Part shown: positions 1 to 12,257 of the stretch, piece after piece
Numbering within the stretch: position 1 is the stretch's first letter
How the letters are laid out: every line of letters starts with the position of its first letter
Origin: Nemertoderma westbladi
Lineage: Eukaryota; Animalia; Xenacoelomorpha
Length of the DNA: 44,326 nt
Reading direction: 5' to 3'
Assembly (NCBI GenBank): GCA_032718475.1
Contig: JAUCBJ010002513.1
Span: forward strand, 1 to 44,326
The notes under the pieces: generated by a model
The model's input: only the letters and a program-made list of their open reading frames with translations
What the model was told of the DNA's origin: nothing
The model's database searches: none
Translations under genes and position numbers: made by a program

Positions 1-3000
1 ACCATAGTACCAGGTAACCATAGTACCAGGTAACCATAGTACCAGGTAACCATAGTACCAGGTAGCCATAGTACCAGGTAACCATAGTACCAGGTAACCA
101 TAGTACCAGGTAACCATAGTACCAGGTAACCATAGTACCAGGTAACCATAGTACCAGGTAACCATAGTACCAGGTAACCATAGTACCAGGTAACCATAGT
201 ACCAGGTAACCATAGTACCAGGTAACCATAGTACCAGGTAACCATAGTACCAGGTAACCATAGTACCAGGTAACCATAGTACCAGGTAACCATAGTACCA
301 GGTAGCCATAGTACCAGGTAACCATAGTACCAGGTAACCATAGTACCAGGTAACCATAGTACCAGGTAGCCATAGTACCAGGTAACCATAGTACCAGGTA
401 ACCATAGTACCAGGTAACCATAGTACCAGGTAACCATAGTACTAGGTAACCATAGTACCAGTAACCATAGTACCAGGTAACCATAGTACCAGGTAACCAT
501 AGTACCAGGTAACCATAGTACCAGGTAACCATAGTACCAGGTAACCATAGTACCAGGTAACCATAGTACCAGGTAACCATAGTACCAGGTAACCATAGTA
601 CCAGGTAGCCATAGTACCAGGTAACCATAGTACCAAGTAACCATAGTACCAGGTAACCATAGTACCAGGTAACCATAGTACCAGGTAACCATAGTACCAG
701 GTAACCATAGTACCAGGTAACCATAGTACCAGGTAACCATAGTACCAGGTAACCATAGTACCAGGTAACCATAGTGCCAGGTAACCATAGTGCCAGGTAA
801 CCATAGTACTAGGTAACCATAGTACCAGGTAACCATAGTACCAGGTAACCATGATAGTACCAGGTAACCATAGTACTAGGTAACCATAGTACCAGGTAAC
901 CATAAGACCAAGTAACCATAGTACCAGGTAACCATAGTACCAGGTAACCATAGTACCAGGTAGCCATAGTACCAGGTAACCATAGTACCAGGTAACCATA
1001 GTACCAGGTAACCATAGTACCAGGTAACCATAGTACCAGGTAGCCATAGTACCAGGTAACCATAGTACCAGGTAACCATAGTACCAGGTAACCATAGTAC
1101 CAGGTAACCATAGTACTAGGTAACCATAGTACCAAGTAACCATAGTACCAGGTAACCATAGTACCAGGTAACCATAGTACCAGGTAACCATAGTACCAGG
1201 TAACCATAGTACTAGGTAACCATAGTACCAGGTAACCATAGTACCAGGTAACCATAGTACCAGGTAACCATAGTACCAGGTAACCATAGTACCAGGTAAC
1301 CATAGTACCAGGTAACCATAGTACCAGGTAACCATAGTACCAGGTAACCATAGTACTAGGTAACCATAGTACCAGGTAACCATAGTACCAGGTAACCATA
1401 GTACCAGGTAACCATAGTACCAGGTAACCATAGTACCAGGTAGCCATAGTACCAGGTAACCATAGTACCAGGTAACCATAGTACCAGGTAACCATAGTAC
1501 CAGGTAACCATAGTACTAGGTAACCATAGTACCAAGTAACCATAGTACCAGGTAACCATAGTACCAGGTAACCATAGTACCAGGTAACCATAGTACCAGG
1601 TAACCATAGTACCAGGTAACCATAGTACCAGGTAACCATAGTACCAGGTAACCATAGTACCAGGTAGCCATAGTACCAGGTAACCATAGTACCAGGTAAC
1701 CATAGTACCAGGTAACCATAGTACCAGGTAACCATAGTACCAGGTAACCATAGTACCAGGTAACCATGATAGTACCAGGTAACCATAGTACCAGGTAACC
1801 ATAGTACCAGGTAACCATAGTACCAGGTAACCATAGTACCAGGTAACCATAGTACCAGGTAACCATAGTACCAGGTAACCATGATAGTACCAGGTAACCA
1901 TAGTACCAGGTAACCATAGTACCAGGTAACCATAGTACCAGGTAACCATAGTACCAGGTAACCATAGTACCAGGTAACCATAGTACCAGGTAACCATAGT
2001 ACCAGGTAACCATAGTACCAGGTAACCATAGTACCAGGTAACCATAGTACCAGGTAACCATGATAGTACCAGGTAACCATAGTACCAGGTAACCATAGTA
2101 CCAGGTAACCATAGTACCAGGTAACCATAGTACCAGGTAACCATAGCACCAGGTAACCATAGTACCAGGTAGCCATAGTACCAGGTAACCATAGTACCAG
2201 GTAACCATAGTACCAAGTAACCATAGTACCAGGTAACCATAGTACCAGGTAACCATAGTACCAGGTAACCATAGTACCAGGTAACCATAGTACCAGGTAA
2301 CCATAGTACCAGGTAACCATGATAGTACCAGGTAACCATAGTACCAGGTAACCATAGTACCAGGTAACCATAGCACCAGGTAACCATAGTACCAAGTAAC
2401 CATAGTACCAGGTAACCATGATAGTACCAGGTAGCCATAGTACCAGGTAACCATAGTACCAGGTAACCATAGTACCAGGTAACCATAGCACCAGGTAACC
2501 ATAGTACCAAGTAACCATAGTACCAGGTAACCATGATAGTACCAGGTAGCCATAGTACCAGGTAACCATAGTACCAGGTAACCATAGTACCAAGTAACCA
2601 TAGTACCAGGTAACCATAGTACCAGGTAGCCATAGTACCAGGTAACCATAGTACCAGGTAACCATAGTACCAGGTAACCATAGTACCAGGTAACCATAGT
2701 ACCAGGTAACCATAGTACCAGGTAGCCATAGTACCAGGTAACCATAGTACCAGGTAACCATAGTACCAGGTAACCATAGTACCAGGTAACCATAGTACCA
2801 GGTAACCATAGTACCAAGTAACCATAGTACCAAGTAACCATAGTACCAGGTAACCATAGTACCAAGTAACCATAGTACCAGGTAACCATAGTACCAGGTA
2901 ACCATAGTACCAGGTAACCATGATAGTACCAGGTAACCATAGTACCAGGTAACCATAGTACCAGGTAACCATAGCACCAGGTAACCATAGTACCAAGTAA

Positions 3001-3970
3001 CCATAGTACCAGGTAACCATGATAGTACCAGGTAGCCATAGTACCAGGTAACCATAGTACCAGGTAACCATAGTACCAGGTAACCATAGCACCAGGTAAC
3101 CATAGTACCAAGTAACCATAGTACCAGGTAACCATGATAGTACCAGGTAGCCATAGTACCAGGTAACCATAGTACCAGGTAACCATAGTACCAAGTAACC
3201 ATAGTACCAGGTAACCATAGTACCAGGTAGCCATAGTACCAGGTAACCATAGTACCAGGTAACCATAGTACCAGGTAACCATAGTACCAGGTAACCATAG
3301 TACCAGGTAACCATAGTACCAGGTAGCCATAGTACCAGGTAACCATAGTACCAGGTAACCATAGTACCAGGTAACCATAGTACCAGGTAACCATAGTACC
3401 AGGTAACCATAGTACCAGGTAACCATAGTACCAAGTAACCATAGTACCAGGTAACCATAGTACCAAGTAACCATAGTACCAGGTAACCATAGTACCAGGT
3501 AACCATAGTACCAAGTAACCATAGTACCAGGTAACCATAGTACCAGGTAGCCATAGTACCAGGTAACCATAGTACCAGGTAACCATAGTACCAGGTAACC
3601 ATAGTACCAAGTAACCATAGTACCAGGTAACCATAGTACCAGGTAGCCATAGTACCAGGTAACCATAGTACCAGGTAACCATAGTACCAAGTAACCATAG
3701 TACCAGGTAGCCATAGTACCAGGTAACCATAGTACCAGGTAACCATAGTACCAGGTAACCATAGTACCAGGTAACCATAGTACCAGGTAACCATGATAGT
3801 ACCAGGTAACCATAGCACCAGGTAACCATAGTACCAAGTAACCATAGTACCAGGTAACCATAGTACCAGGTAGCCATAGTACCAGGTAACCATAGTACCA
3901 GGTAACCATAGTACCAGGTAACCATAGTACCAGGTAACCATAGTACCAGGTAACCATGATAGTACCAGGT
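1..3970. repeat. 16-bp tandem satellite (ACCATAGTACCAGGTA)n, runs off the left window edge
   Basis: About 245 near-identical copies. Recurrent variants: GGTAGCC, CCAAGTA, TAGCACC, TACTAGG and a 3-bp ATG insertion giving a 19-bp unit. Confidence 0.99.
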
Positions 3971-3988
3971 AGAAGTTCTTCGTGATAA

Positions 3989-5098
3989 TTAAGGTACTAA
4001 TTGCCGATCGCTTGTGGGTTTAGTATAACCGAATGGATCTAAACCCTGATCCATCAACTGCAGACAGGAACTTCGGACTTTACTGAAGAGTAACTTTAAT
4101 TCCTCTTTACTAAACACCTCGTAGAGTTTATACGAATCGGAAGCGATAACATCAACCAATTCTAGCGAATCAGTGAATCGCTGCGAGAGTTCTAGAACGC
4201 GAAACAGCAAGAGCGCCAAGGGCGGGATGCATAACCTACGGAGCAGCTCCATTTGGTGAGCGCGGGGGTCCGCGGGGTCCGGTGGTGCACCGCCGGTGTC
4301 CACCATCCAACCCCCGTCCGCGAACATTAGCACGTTATAGATGCGATCGGAAGCCCGCTGACACAGAACCTGGAGTTCGTGCTTCCAGTGCGTCAGACTC
4401 ATCTCGAACTCTTTGATCCGCTGCTGGTACTGAACGCGGTCCTTAAACCCGCCGCCTACCGGGGCTTCCGGCTCCCTGGGCAACACGTTGCTATAGTGCT
4501 GGAACCAGTCGTTGAACCCATCGTGCGCGTCTATAAAGGCCTTCACCGCGAGGTGCTCCCGAATCGCGAGGCTATCCTCTCGCGGCAAGTCCTCGTTGCC
4601 GTGGTAACGCAACCAGTAGCGGTAGACAACGTCCACGGACCCCACCGGGATCCTGGATAGGAGCTCCTTAGCGGCGGCGAGTTTACTCGTCGCGAGGAAA
4701 CTCCGGAACAACGCGTTGGACTGGCGGAGAGCCTCGGCGCGTTGCGAGTTGTCGAACATCAGCCAATCCAAGGCGTGGATCTTGCGGTAGTCGTCCGGGG
4801 TTGTGGCGGATTCCAGTTGCCCTGAGGAAGACGGGATCGCGTTGGCCAATCCGATCCCGGACAACCCTTCCCCCCGGATCGATTCGACCAAGGTTTTAGT
4901 TATGAGCGCCACGTTCAACCCGCAGTCCTCCGCCAGACCCAGGTACAGTTGTCTGTCCTCCCCGCTGTCTATGTTTGCGAGTAGTTTGGAGTACAGCGGG
5001 GTCTGCAGCTCGCTGGGTAGTTTACTAGTGTAGCAAGCTGCCAACGGCCGCAGACAGACGCGGTTGATTAGTTGTTCGTCAATAAACGTTTCTATAAC
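3989..5098 (-). CDS. NUP107: Nuclear pore complex protein Nup107, exon 3 (last)
   Basis: Acceptor TTTAAG|GTT at 5099/5098 and stop TAA at 3989-3991. Peptides KIHALDWLMFD, QRAEALRQSNALFRSFL, AIREHLAVKAF, IYNVLMFADGGWMVD, QMELLRRLCIP and DQGLDPFGY match the Nup107/Nup84 C-terminus. Confidence 0.95.
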   Translation of the reverse strand, partial: VIETFIDEQLINRVCLRPLAACYTSKLPSELQTPLYSKLLANIDSGEDRQLYLGLAEDCGLNVALITKTLVESIRGEGLSGIGLANAIPSSSGQLESATTPDDYRKIHALDWLMFDNSQRAEALRQSNALFRSFLATSKLAAAKELLSRIPVGSVDVVYRYWLRYHGNEDLPREDSLAIREHLAVKAFIDAHDGFNDWFQHYSNVLPREPEAPVGGGFKDRVQYQQRIKEFEMSLTHWKHELQVLCQRASDRIYNVLMFADGGWMVDTGGAPPDPADPRAHQMELLRRLCIPPLALLLFRVLELSQRFTDSLELVDVIASDSYKLYEVFSKEELKLLFSKVRSSCLQLMDQGLDPFGYTKPTSDRQLVP

Positions 5099-5627
5099 CT
5101 TAAACAAACAGAGTAAATATATGATAAAGGGTTTCAGGTTCAAAGGAATGAAATACAAAATTATAATAAACAATAATGATAAATGCAATTCTAGTTTCTA
5201 ATTCTTATGGGAGGGTAAATAATTCTCCTGTCGAACACATTTCGTGTTCCTAAAGTTTATTGGCAATAATTGTAGTTTAGTGTTACTAAACATGGAATAT
5301 GACAGTTAATCAATTCAACAATATTGGGAATAGTTTTAGTGATTACTTTTTGGCTGTGTTCGTGGAATACGGTGAGCAATACAGTTTAATTGTACAGGTA
5401 AACATGAACTTTACAATGGTGTGAGTGAGTATATACAATAGAGTATCTCTATACGCAACGATCCAAAGTCCTTTCAATCGCACTTAATTGTAAATAATGG
5501 CCTAAACCGATATTTTTAAACAATTTATCAATCTGGCTAGTGGCTACGCTCGGTAAATAAAATATCTCGAGTTTAGTGAAAAAATGTTAAATAATGTGAT
5601 AAATAATTGGAAATGTGTGACACATAC

Positions 5628-6123
5628 CTTATTAGCGGATTGATTATCGACGTTGTCAGTAACGGCGCGAATAAACAGCGTTAGATGGGCGACGAACCTG
5701 AGGAACTGGGGTTGTAGATCGCCAACCTCGTTATCGATCCACTCGACACAGCGATCCAGCAACCCGGGGGTGTCATCCAGCACCAGCAGCCGTTGCACCT
5801 CCCGGTACTTGTTGGCGGTCTCCCGGACAACATCCGGGAAGGCGACGCAACTGCGGAGATTCTGGAACGCGAGGGAGGGGGTCAGTGACTGCTGCTGCCA
5901 GTAGGCCGGCGGGAGGGCTGCCCGGGTTCGGGACTTATTGGGGTAGTGGGACAGTTCCAACTCCACAGAAAGGTCTACCATTACCTTGTACTGCGCCCAC
6001 AGATGGTCCTCCCAGGAGGAGCAGACAGGAAGAACGGAGGCGAGATTCCCACTGAGGGAACCGTAAATAGCTCGCTCCTCTAAGGGAAGTGCTTCCTCTG
6101 AGGCTAGCGCCCAACAGGCCGTC
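5628..6123 (-). CDS. NUP107: Nup107 exon 2
   Basis: Acceptor TTGCAG|G at 6124/6123 and donor AAG|GTATGT at 5628/5627, with phases compatible with both neighbouring exons. ERAIYGSLSGNL..VLPVCSSWEDHLWA and LRFVAHL are conserved Nup107 motifs. Confidence 0.95.
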
Positions 6124-6367
6124 CTGCAACACATTAAATAGAATGATTCAGGCGAAATAGTTCATACAGGTGTTACTATGACTGGGGCCAGTAAACTCAG
6201 CTACTCAATATCCATCGCTTTTTATTGGGATTTTCGTTTGATTTTGGGTTAATGTTTGTTGGTCAGTCCAACCCTGAGACATGAAGCTCTAATCTGATAA
6301 ATTGGGACTTTGACACTTTACCGTGCCATTATAGCCATATTTTGAAATAATAAAATGATCTTAAAAT

Positions 6368-6620
6368 ATTTGTTCTAGAACAAAATTTTCATATTAAATG
6401 TATAGATAATATGTTCTAGAACATTAAAAAAAGAAACAAAAACTAGCTAGTATAAAAAATGTATACAAAGATAACGTACAATAAAAAATTAACAAATTAG
6501 CTAGTGCTTTGTATTTTTTGTTCTAGAACAAAAAATATTTGTTCTAGAACAACATTTTTATATGAAATGGATTGATAATGCTCTAGAACATTTAAAAAAC
6601 AAGAAACAAAAACTAGCTAG
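6368..6620. repeat. Intronic degenerate tandem duplication with TGTTCTAGAACA palindromes
   Basis: The block at 6368-6450 recurs at 6537-6620. The same palindrome also occurs near 18585. Confidence 0.7.
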
Positions 6621-6669
6621 CTTGCCATTTTGCAATTTTTTGATATATTAAAATGATACATGATATAAC

Positions 6670-6850
6670 GAGATGGATGGGAGAGGGGAGGGGGTCGGCG
6701 AATTAATATCTAGTCTCAATGATCAATTATATATCAATTTATGAAATGTATGGAATGAGCAGGTAACAGTGGCAGGTTATTCTAACCAAAACAATAAACT
6801 AAAGTCAATAGAACAGGTAACAGTTATATTTTGTAGAGTAATAAGCTGTT
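6670..6850 (+). mobile_element. Degenerate copy of the MITE at 33061-33327, inside Nup107 intron 1
   Basis: GGCGAATTAATATC...GAGCAGGTAACAGTGGCA...AACCAAAACAATAAA...CAATAGAACAGGT is shared with 33101-33240. Confidence 0.75.
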
Positions 6851-7409
6851 CTTTGAGTCGATATTCCAGTGGAGAGACATCCATACATAAACTACAATTG
6901 TGGTATCCCCCAATAATAGGTGACAGGTGAAAACCAAACAAAAGGAATGTAAATTAAATCATCGTTTGTGTGTTACGTAGGTACCGGTACCTGTAGTAGA
7001 TCTGGGGAGGTAGAGATCTCAGCATTTGTATTGTTATTGTATGTAATACAAAAACCATTAAATATAAGGAAATAACCAATAGAATCCTACGGTGGCTGAA
7101 AGGTGGCTAATACTGTATTTTAAAGAGGCCAAAACAATCCACTACTTTTTAAATTTGACAGACAATTGATTACTATGCGAACTCATCGCCATTATATGTA
7201 AACATTACAGAATGGGAGGCTGAACTTCTTTTTAGTTTACGGTACCTGCCAGGCTGCCACACATATACCGGTACTGTAAGTTTAATCAAATTCTATTAAT
7301 TACCTACTATTTACCTAGATAAATGAATTGTAGCTATTATTATTACCTACGAATACAAAACCAAATCTATGTGGATTGTTTGACATACAATGACCGTATC
7401 ATCTCTCAC

Positions 7410-8458
7410 CTCCACAGATCCCGTCCTGGGTTCCCTTCCAAGGGTTCCAACAAACCACCTCCCTCCATCTGTGTCTCCTTATTGGGGTCCCGCAGTAATT
7501 GCCAGCCCTGTAGAGTGGCCGCCCGCCACGACTGACCGCACTGCCGACACAGCAACTCAGCCGCCTTCATCTGACCCGATCGGACCAGATGGAACAATTG
7601 TTTAAGGAACCGATTCTGGTCCTCCTTATCAAGCGGCGCCATGGGCTTCCCTTGCCGCGTAGTCGCGTCCGGGTCAAGCTCCGTTACCATGGACACATCC
7701 CTTCGCCCAGATCGCAACGAGTGCAAAGTGTTCTCCAAGCTCACTGATTGGTTGAAATACTCAACCCCCGCGGCTGTGTATCCCCGTCTCTTAGCGACGG
7801 CTTCCAACCAATCCAGTACAATGTGGGTCTGTCTCAAGGCAGGATCTCGATCGAACAACGCCTGGACTATTCGCTTCTCATTGACGCCATTTAGTGAGTA
7901 GTCCTGGAATACATTTTCGTCTAGAATGTTCTCAGTAATCAGCCGGTCGCGAAACAAAGGAGTTATCAGTTGCCAAGTAAACATTTCTTGTTCCAGACAC
8001 TTCAATGCCGCTTTACTATGGACTAAATGCTTCCCAGAGGAACTTCCTTCCACGGCTTTCTTCAGGATGGACACTTGTTCCTCTACGGCGCGGTACATAT
8101 TATTAGAGAATTGTAGTGCGTCGTCGGCGACTAGAAACTGGTCCAAGGCGTCTTTGCATTGCGAATAAAGTCCGTTACAAGCTGCTAATTCGATATCGTC
8201 ACTAGGAGACACAGACACATCTAGGTCCTCTACTAATGAGTCTTTTTGCAAAGGATATTTAACTCCGGTAGATGTCATCGACTGTATAGATTGCTCGAGT
8301 ATAGAGGTCGTCTTATTGCTAATAGTTTCTACGGTTGTGTTGAATTCCGCCGGGAATCGAGTTTGTTGGGGTTTCGGAGAGGCCCCCAGCGATTGGTCAA
8401 GTAGATTAACACTCTGTTTAACAGCCAACGATTGGGTAAATATCTTAGCATGCGACAT
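7410..8458 (-). CDS. NUP107: Nup107 exon 1 (first coding exon); spliced protein about 884 aa
   Basis: ATG at 8458 and donor AG|GTGAGA at 7410/7409. Motifs E..TWQLI, VLDWLE, ELDPDATTRQ, LVRSGQ, GQSWRAATLQGW and EGNP. Exon lengths 1049+496+1110 = 2655 nt, in frame. Confidence 0.93.
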
Positions 8459-8957
8459 TTCGTAAACCTAAAATTCCGTAGCACTGTAGCAGTATGCAGT
8501 ACCGGTACTGGCTGACAGGAGACTTGATTGGCTGACTGGTGTTAGAGCTAGGCAGCTAGGTAACATGTAGGTAACAGGCTGACAGCGTGAAGGGTGACGG
8601 CAAGACAGGCAGACAGGGGAAATAACACCTGAACATAGCCCAAGAAAGAACATCCGACCGAACCCAGTCAGTCTGTGACCACAACTGTCCCTGTCCACTG
8701 ACAAGTTCCTAAAAGGTGCCACCCTGCTCCATATCGCGGGAAATTCTAATGATTGAAAGACATGTAATTTGTACTAGAAAGGCGGCAAATATTTTGAAAA
8801 ATTGAAATACTTAAAATTAAATTTTATATTAAAAATATTTTGGCGGTAAATTCAAATCTGTTTTTAAGACTAAATGTAATTCATTGAATCAGAAAAAATT
8901 ATTTCTGATCGGTTTAATTCATTCACTCATCCGTTATTCTTGTTGTTTTATCTATTC

Positions 8958-9430
8958 TGGGGCTTCGAGCAGCACGTAAACAACTAAGCTGACTGGTTAA
9001 TTAGGGACTTCGAGCAGCACGGGAAAAACTAAGCTAACTGGTTAACAAGTCTTAGGACTTCAAGCAGCACGTGAACAACTAAGTTGACTGGTTTACTAGT
9101 CTGGGATTTTGAGCAGCTCATGAACAACTAAGCAGACTGGTTAACTAGTCTGGGACTTCGAGCAGCACGTGAACAACTAAACTGGCTGGTTTCCTAGTCT
9201 GGGACTTCGAGCAGCACGTGAACAACTAAGCTGACTGGTTAATTAGTCTGGGACTTCGAGCAGCACGTGAAAAACTGAGCTGAGTGGTTAACTAGTCTGG
9301 GACTTTGAGCAGCTCATGAACAACTAAGCTGATTGGTTAACTAGTCTGGGACTTCGAGCAGCACGTGAACAACTAAGCTGACTGGTTAACTAGTCTTGGA
9401 CTTCGAGCAGTACTTGAACAACTAAACTAA
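8958..9430 (+). repeat. 49-bp tandem array (CTGGGACTTCGAGCAGCACGTGAACAACTAAGCTGACTGGTTAACTAGT), about 10 copies
   Basis: Period 49 (e.g. 9151 vs 9200). Two to three inverted copies lie at 9780-9890. Confidence 0.95.
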
Positions 9431-10023
9431 ACTGTTATTACATTAGAAGTACTTTAAGTACCACTGCAGTAAGAAGTTTACAGTATGAAGTCTACTGCTC
9501 TAGCTCCTTGACCTTTTAGTACGTACCCACGTACATTATGCAGCACACTGTGTACAGTTTGTGATGGAAATATTATAATTCAGTAATTTGAATCAACCGC
9601 CAAAAATATATCAACTCACTGCGCCTTTCTATCATCTATCCACTTGAAATCTAGTATTAACATACTAGGTATAAGTGTATAATTGTTATGTTATAATGTT
9701 CTATACTTTACTGGGATAGAAGTTAAGCCAAATCACCCGACCCCCCCCCCCCCCCCCCCCCTTCTCAATTTTCAATTTTGCTCGAAGTCCAAGACTACTT
9801 AACTCAGCTTAGTTGTCCACGTGCTGCTCTAAGTCCCAGACTAGTTAACGTGCTGGTTTAGTTGTTCACGTGCTGCTTGAAGCCCCAGAATAGATAAAAC
9901 AACAACAATAACGGATGAGTGAATGAATTAAACCGATAAGAAATAATTTATTCTGATTCAATGAATTACATTAGTCTTACTCTATTCATGTCTGTCATGT
10001 ATTCAATCTTAAAACAAATTTGA

Positions 10024-10077
10024 ATTTACCGCCAAAATATAGGTGGCAGATCTGCCACCTATATTTTGGCGGTAAAT
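10024..10077. repeat. Perfect 54-bp palindrome
   Basis: ATTTACCGCCAAAATATAGGTGGCAGA|TCTGCCACCTATATTTTGGCGGTAAAT. Confidence 0.97.
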
Positions 10078-10547
10078 GATCTGCCACCCTTTCTGTTTCT
10101 GCCTTTGGCCTTTGCATTATAAATTACATGCCTTTCAATCATTTGAATTTGCCGCGCTATGGAGCAGGGTGGCACCTTTTAGCTGTTTAGGGACTTGTTA
10201 GCCACAGGACCAGCTCGTACTGTCATAGCTTATGGTGTTACTGCTGTTGCTGTACTGTGTTATGGCTCAGTCAGTGAGTAAACAGGTAGGTAAATGCAGC
10301 TACAATGAATCACTCCACAGTCCACACCCAGTTAAATAAATGTGTTCAGATTAGAGGTGCAACCAAGGACTACTGAGGCAAGGACTCTGGCGGTATTAGT
10401 ACGTTTGAACGACACTAGCCAAACAATCCTAAAATCAGATAGAAACTGATAAAAATTGTTACCGGTACCGGAATAACAGTATTGTTATGCCTACTGTTAC
10501 TTACTGGGCCTACTGTTAGTATACTCATACTGTGCTCGTGTACTGTC

Positions 10548-10763
10548 ATGGCACAATTAAATTTCATTGAGATTGAGAAACTTATCGAGACTGAGGAGCG
10601 CGCTATTAGGTTTGCACAAAGCGTGGAGCTTCTCCCCCGAACTCTACAACCAAATGGGCAACCAACCCTACGTCTTTGTCATTTTCTGCCATTTCCGGGT
10701 TGTACTGCGCAATCTAAAATTACTTTGGTGAAGGACAGGTTGATTGTCTTGGGTGCAACATAA
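10548..10763 (+). pseudogene. Possible N-terminal fragment of a Merlin/ISXO2(IS1595)-like transposase, or first exon of an unknown gene
   Basis: MAQLNFIEIEKLIETEERAIRFAQSVELLP..C resembles, from recall only, the N-terminal helix/Zn-ribbon region of eukaryotic ISXO2-like transposases. No catalytic domain follows. Confidence 0.3.
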
Positions 10764-11482
10764 AGATTTCTGTATTTAAAATGCCATTAATCTGTTAATA
10801 TCAAAAATAGGCCTAAGTCTGTAAGTCCAGAAGTCAGCAATGTACTGCGACTGACTGATTGGCTGAAGTACTGAGGTAAGACAGTAAGAAAAAATTATGT
10901 TATGTAAATACTGAAATACAGAACAGAAATGAGCTGAAATTTTGCCGGATATGTCGCCACCCAGCAAGTTATAGCCAGTTGCCATGGTAACGCCTAACTA
11001 CCAGACTGCCAGACGGAAATTTCTAGTTGCTTTGTCGCCTTTGTAATTTTCTGTACCAGACAGAAATTTGTACGGTACGTACAGCGGCTTTGTCTCCTTT
11101 ATAATTTTCTGCTCCAGACGGAAATTTGTAGCGCGGCTTTTGTTACCATAAACCTGATAAACAATAATTTTACATACATTTTAGATACACGTATACATAC
11201 TGGTACATAAAAAGTCATTAAACGAACAACAAAAATCATTATTCACAATTCGTAACAAAGGGCGGACAAAAAAAAGTCAAACGAACGGACATAAAAAATC
11301 AATGCCATATTGCAACTATTCAAAAACGAATGCTAGATTTAATATTATTTTATAAAAGCGCTCACACCCTTTGTAATAAAAGTGTACTTTCAGCAGTAGG
11401 CCTATTCGACAACTACTCCACTCAACTAATATTAACAATTAGCTATCCGTACCAACAAATCACTATAAAGTTGAAGAATAAC

Positions 11483-12257
11483 TCTGCCCTCCTAAGGCAA
11501 AACCATGTATCTCAAAAAATCGAGTTTTGAGAAAAATCAAACAAAAGTTAACAGATCTGCACGAAAACATGTGAATATCTGTGTGAACATTTCAACACTA
11601 AAGTTTAGTCAAATAGTATATTCAAATAGGCCTACCTAGAAAGTCTTAGAGCTCCAAACTTAAGCTAGTTAATTAAAAAAAAATTTATTTTGATTTTCGA
11701 GTTACATGGATTTACCTTTCAAATTCTAACCAGTGCCCTATATTTACTATATAACATAAAGCAATTTAGATAAATTTCCACAGGAGTTCCTAAGCCAAAA
11801 CAATGTAACTCGCCTGAGATACATGGTTTATGCTTAGTTACATGAAGTGTCATTATCACATGAGAGTTAGATGGTTCTGCCTTAGTAGTCGTTATCAAAT
11901 TCATATAAAGCAGTTACATTCTACCCCCTTTTTAACCCCTTTAGAGTTTAGGTGCACTCTATTAAATTCTACCACCATACCACCAGATAAAGCTCCCCGT
12001 AAAGGCCATGATACACCACAGGAGCGGCAGCGGCGTGCGGCCGCGGCAGGCGGCCGATGTGAGCGGCGACTTTTAGTTTGATAGACCTTAGGAGCCGCGA
12101 GCGGCAGCGGCCATTTCTGGTGTATTTTTTAAAAAGTGGCCGCTCGCTGCGGCCGCTCGCCGCCCTGTGGTGTATCATGGCCTTAAGCTTTCAAATGATA
12201 CCAACATCTCATTTTCGTCAAAATTCAAGTTACATGGGTTTGCCTTAGGATGGCAGA
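11483..12257. mobile_element. Non-autonomous TIR element (MITE) hosting a nested MITE
   Basis: TIRs TCTGCCCTCCTAAGGCAAAACCATGTA / TACATGGGTTTGCCTTAGGATGGCAGA, with internal GTTACATG subrepeats. Confidence 0.75.
12003..12183. mobile_element. PIF/Harbinger (Tourist-like) MITE, 181 bp
   Basis: TIR AGGCCATGATACACCACAGG / CCTGTGGTGTATCATGGCCT. TAA TSD at 12000-12002 and 12184-12186. GC-rich GCGGC internal repeats. Confidence 0.9.

Larger units (their letters stand above)
8700..10200. mobile_element. Foldback-type non-autonomous DNA element with long inverted arms
   Basis: 8709-8770 is the reverse complement of 10121-10182, and 8835-8990 of about 9860-10040. The arms contain a 49-bp tandem unit. 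No TSD identified. Confidence 0.85.

Noticed and set aside
442-3957. Long MVTWYYGYLVLWLPGT ORFs
   Set aside because: Translation of the stop-free strand of the 16-bp satellite, giving the same peptide in all frames.
5099-5188. Hydrophobic N-terminus of the 399-aa ORF as a signal peptide
   Set aside because: Intron sequence upstream of the exon 3 acceptor.
8958-9430. CRISPR-like array
   Set aside because: Contiguous tandem units with no unique spacers and no cas genes; eukaryotic context with spliceosomal introns.
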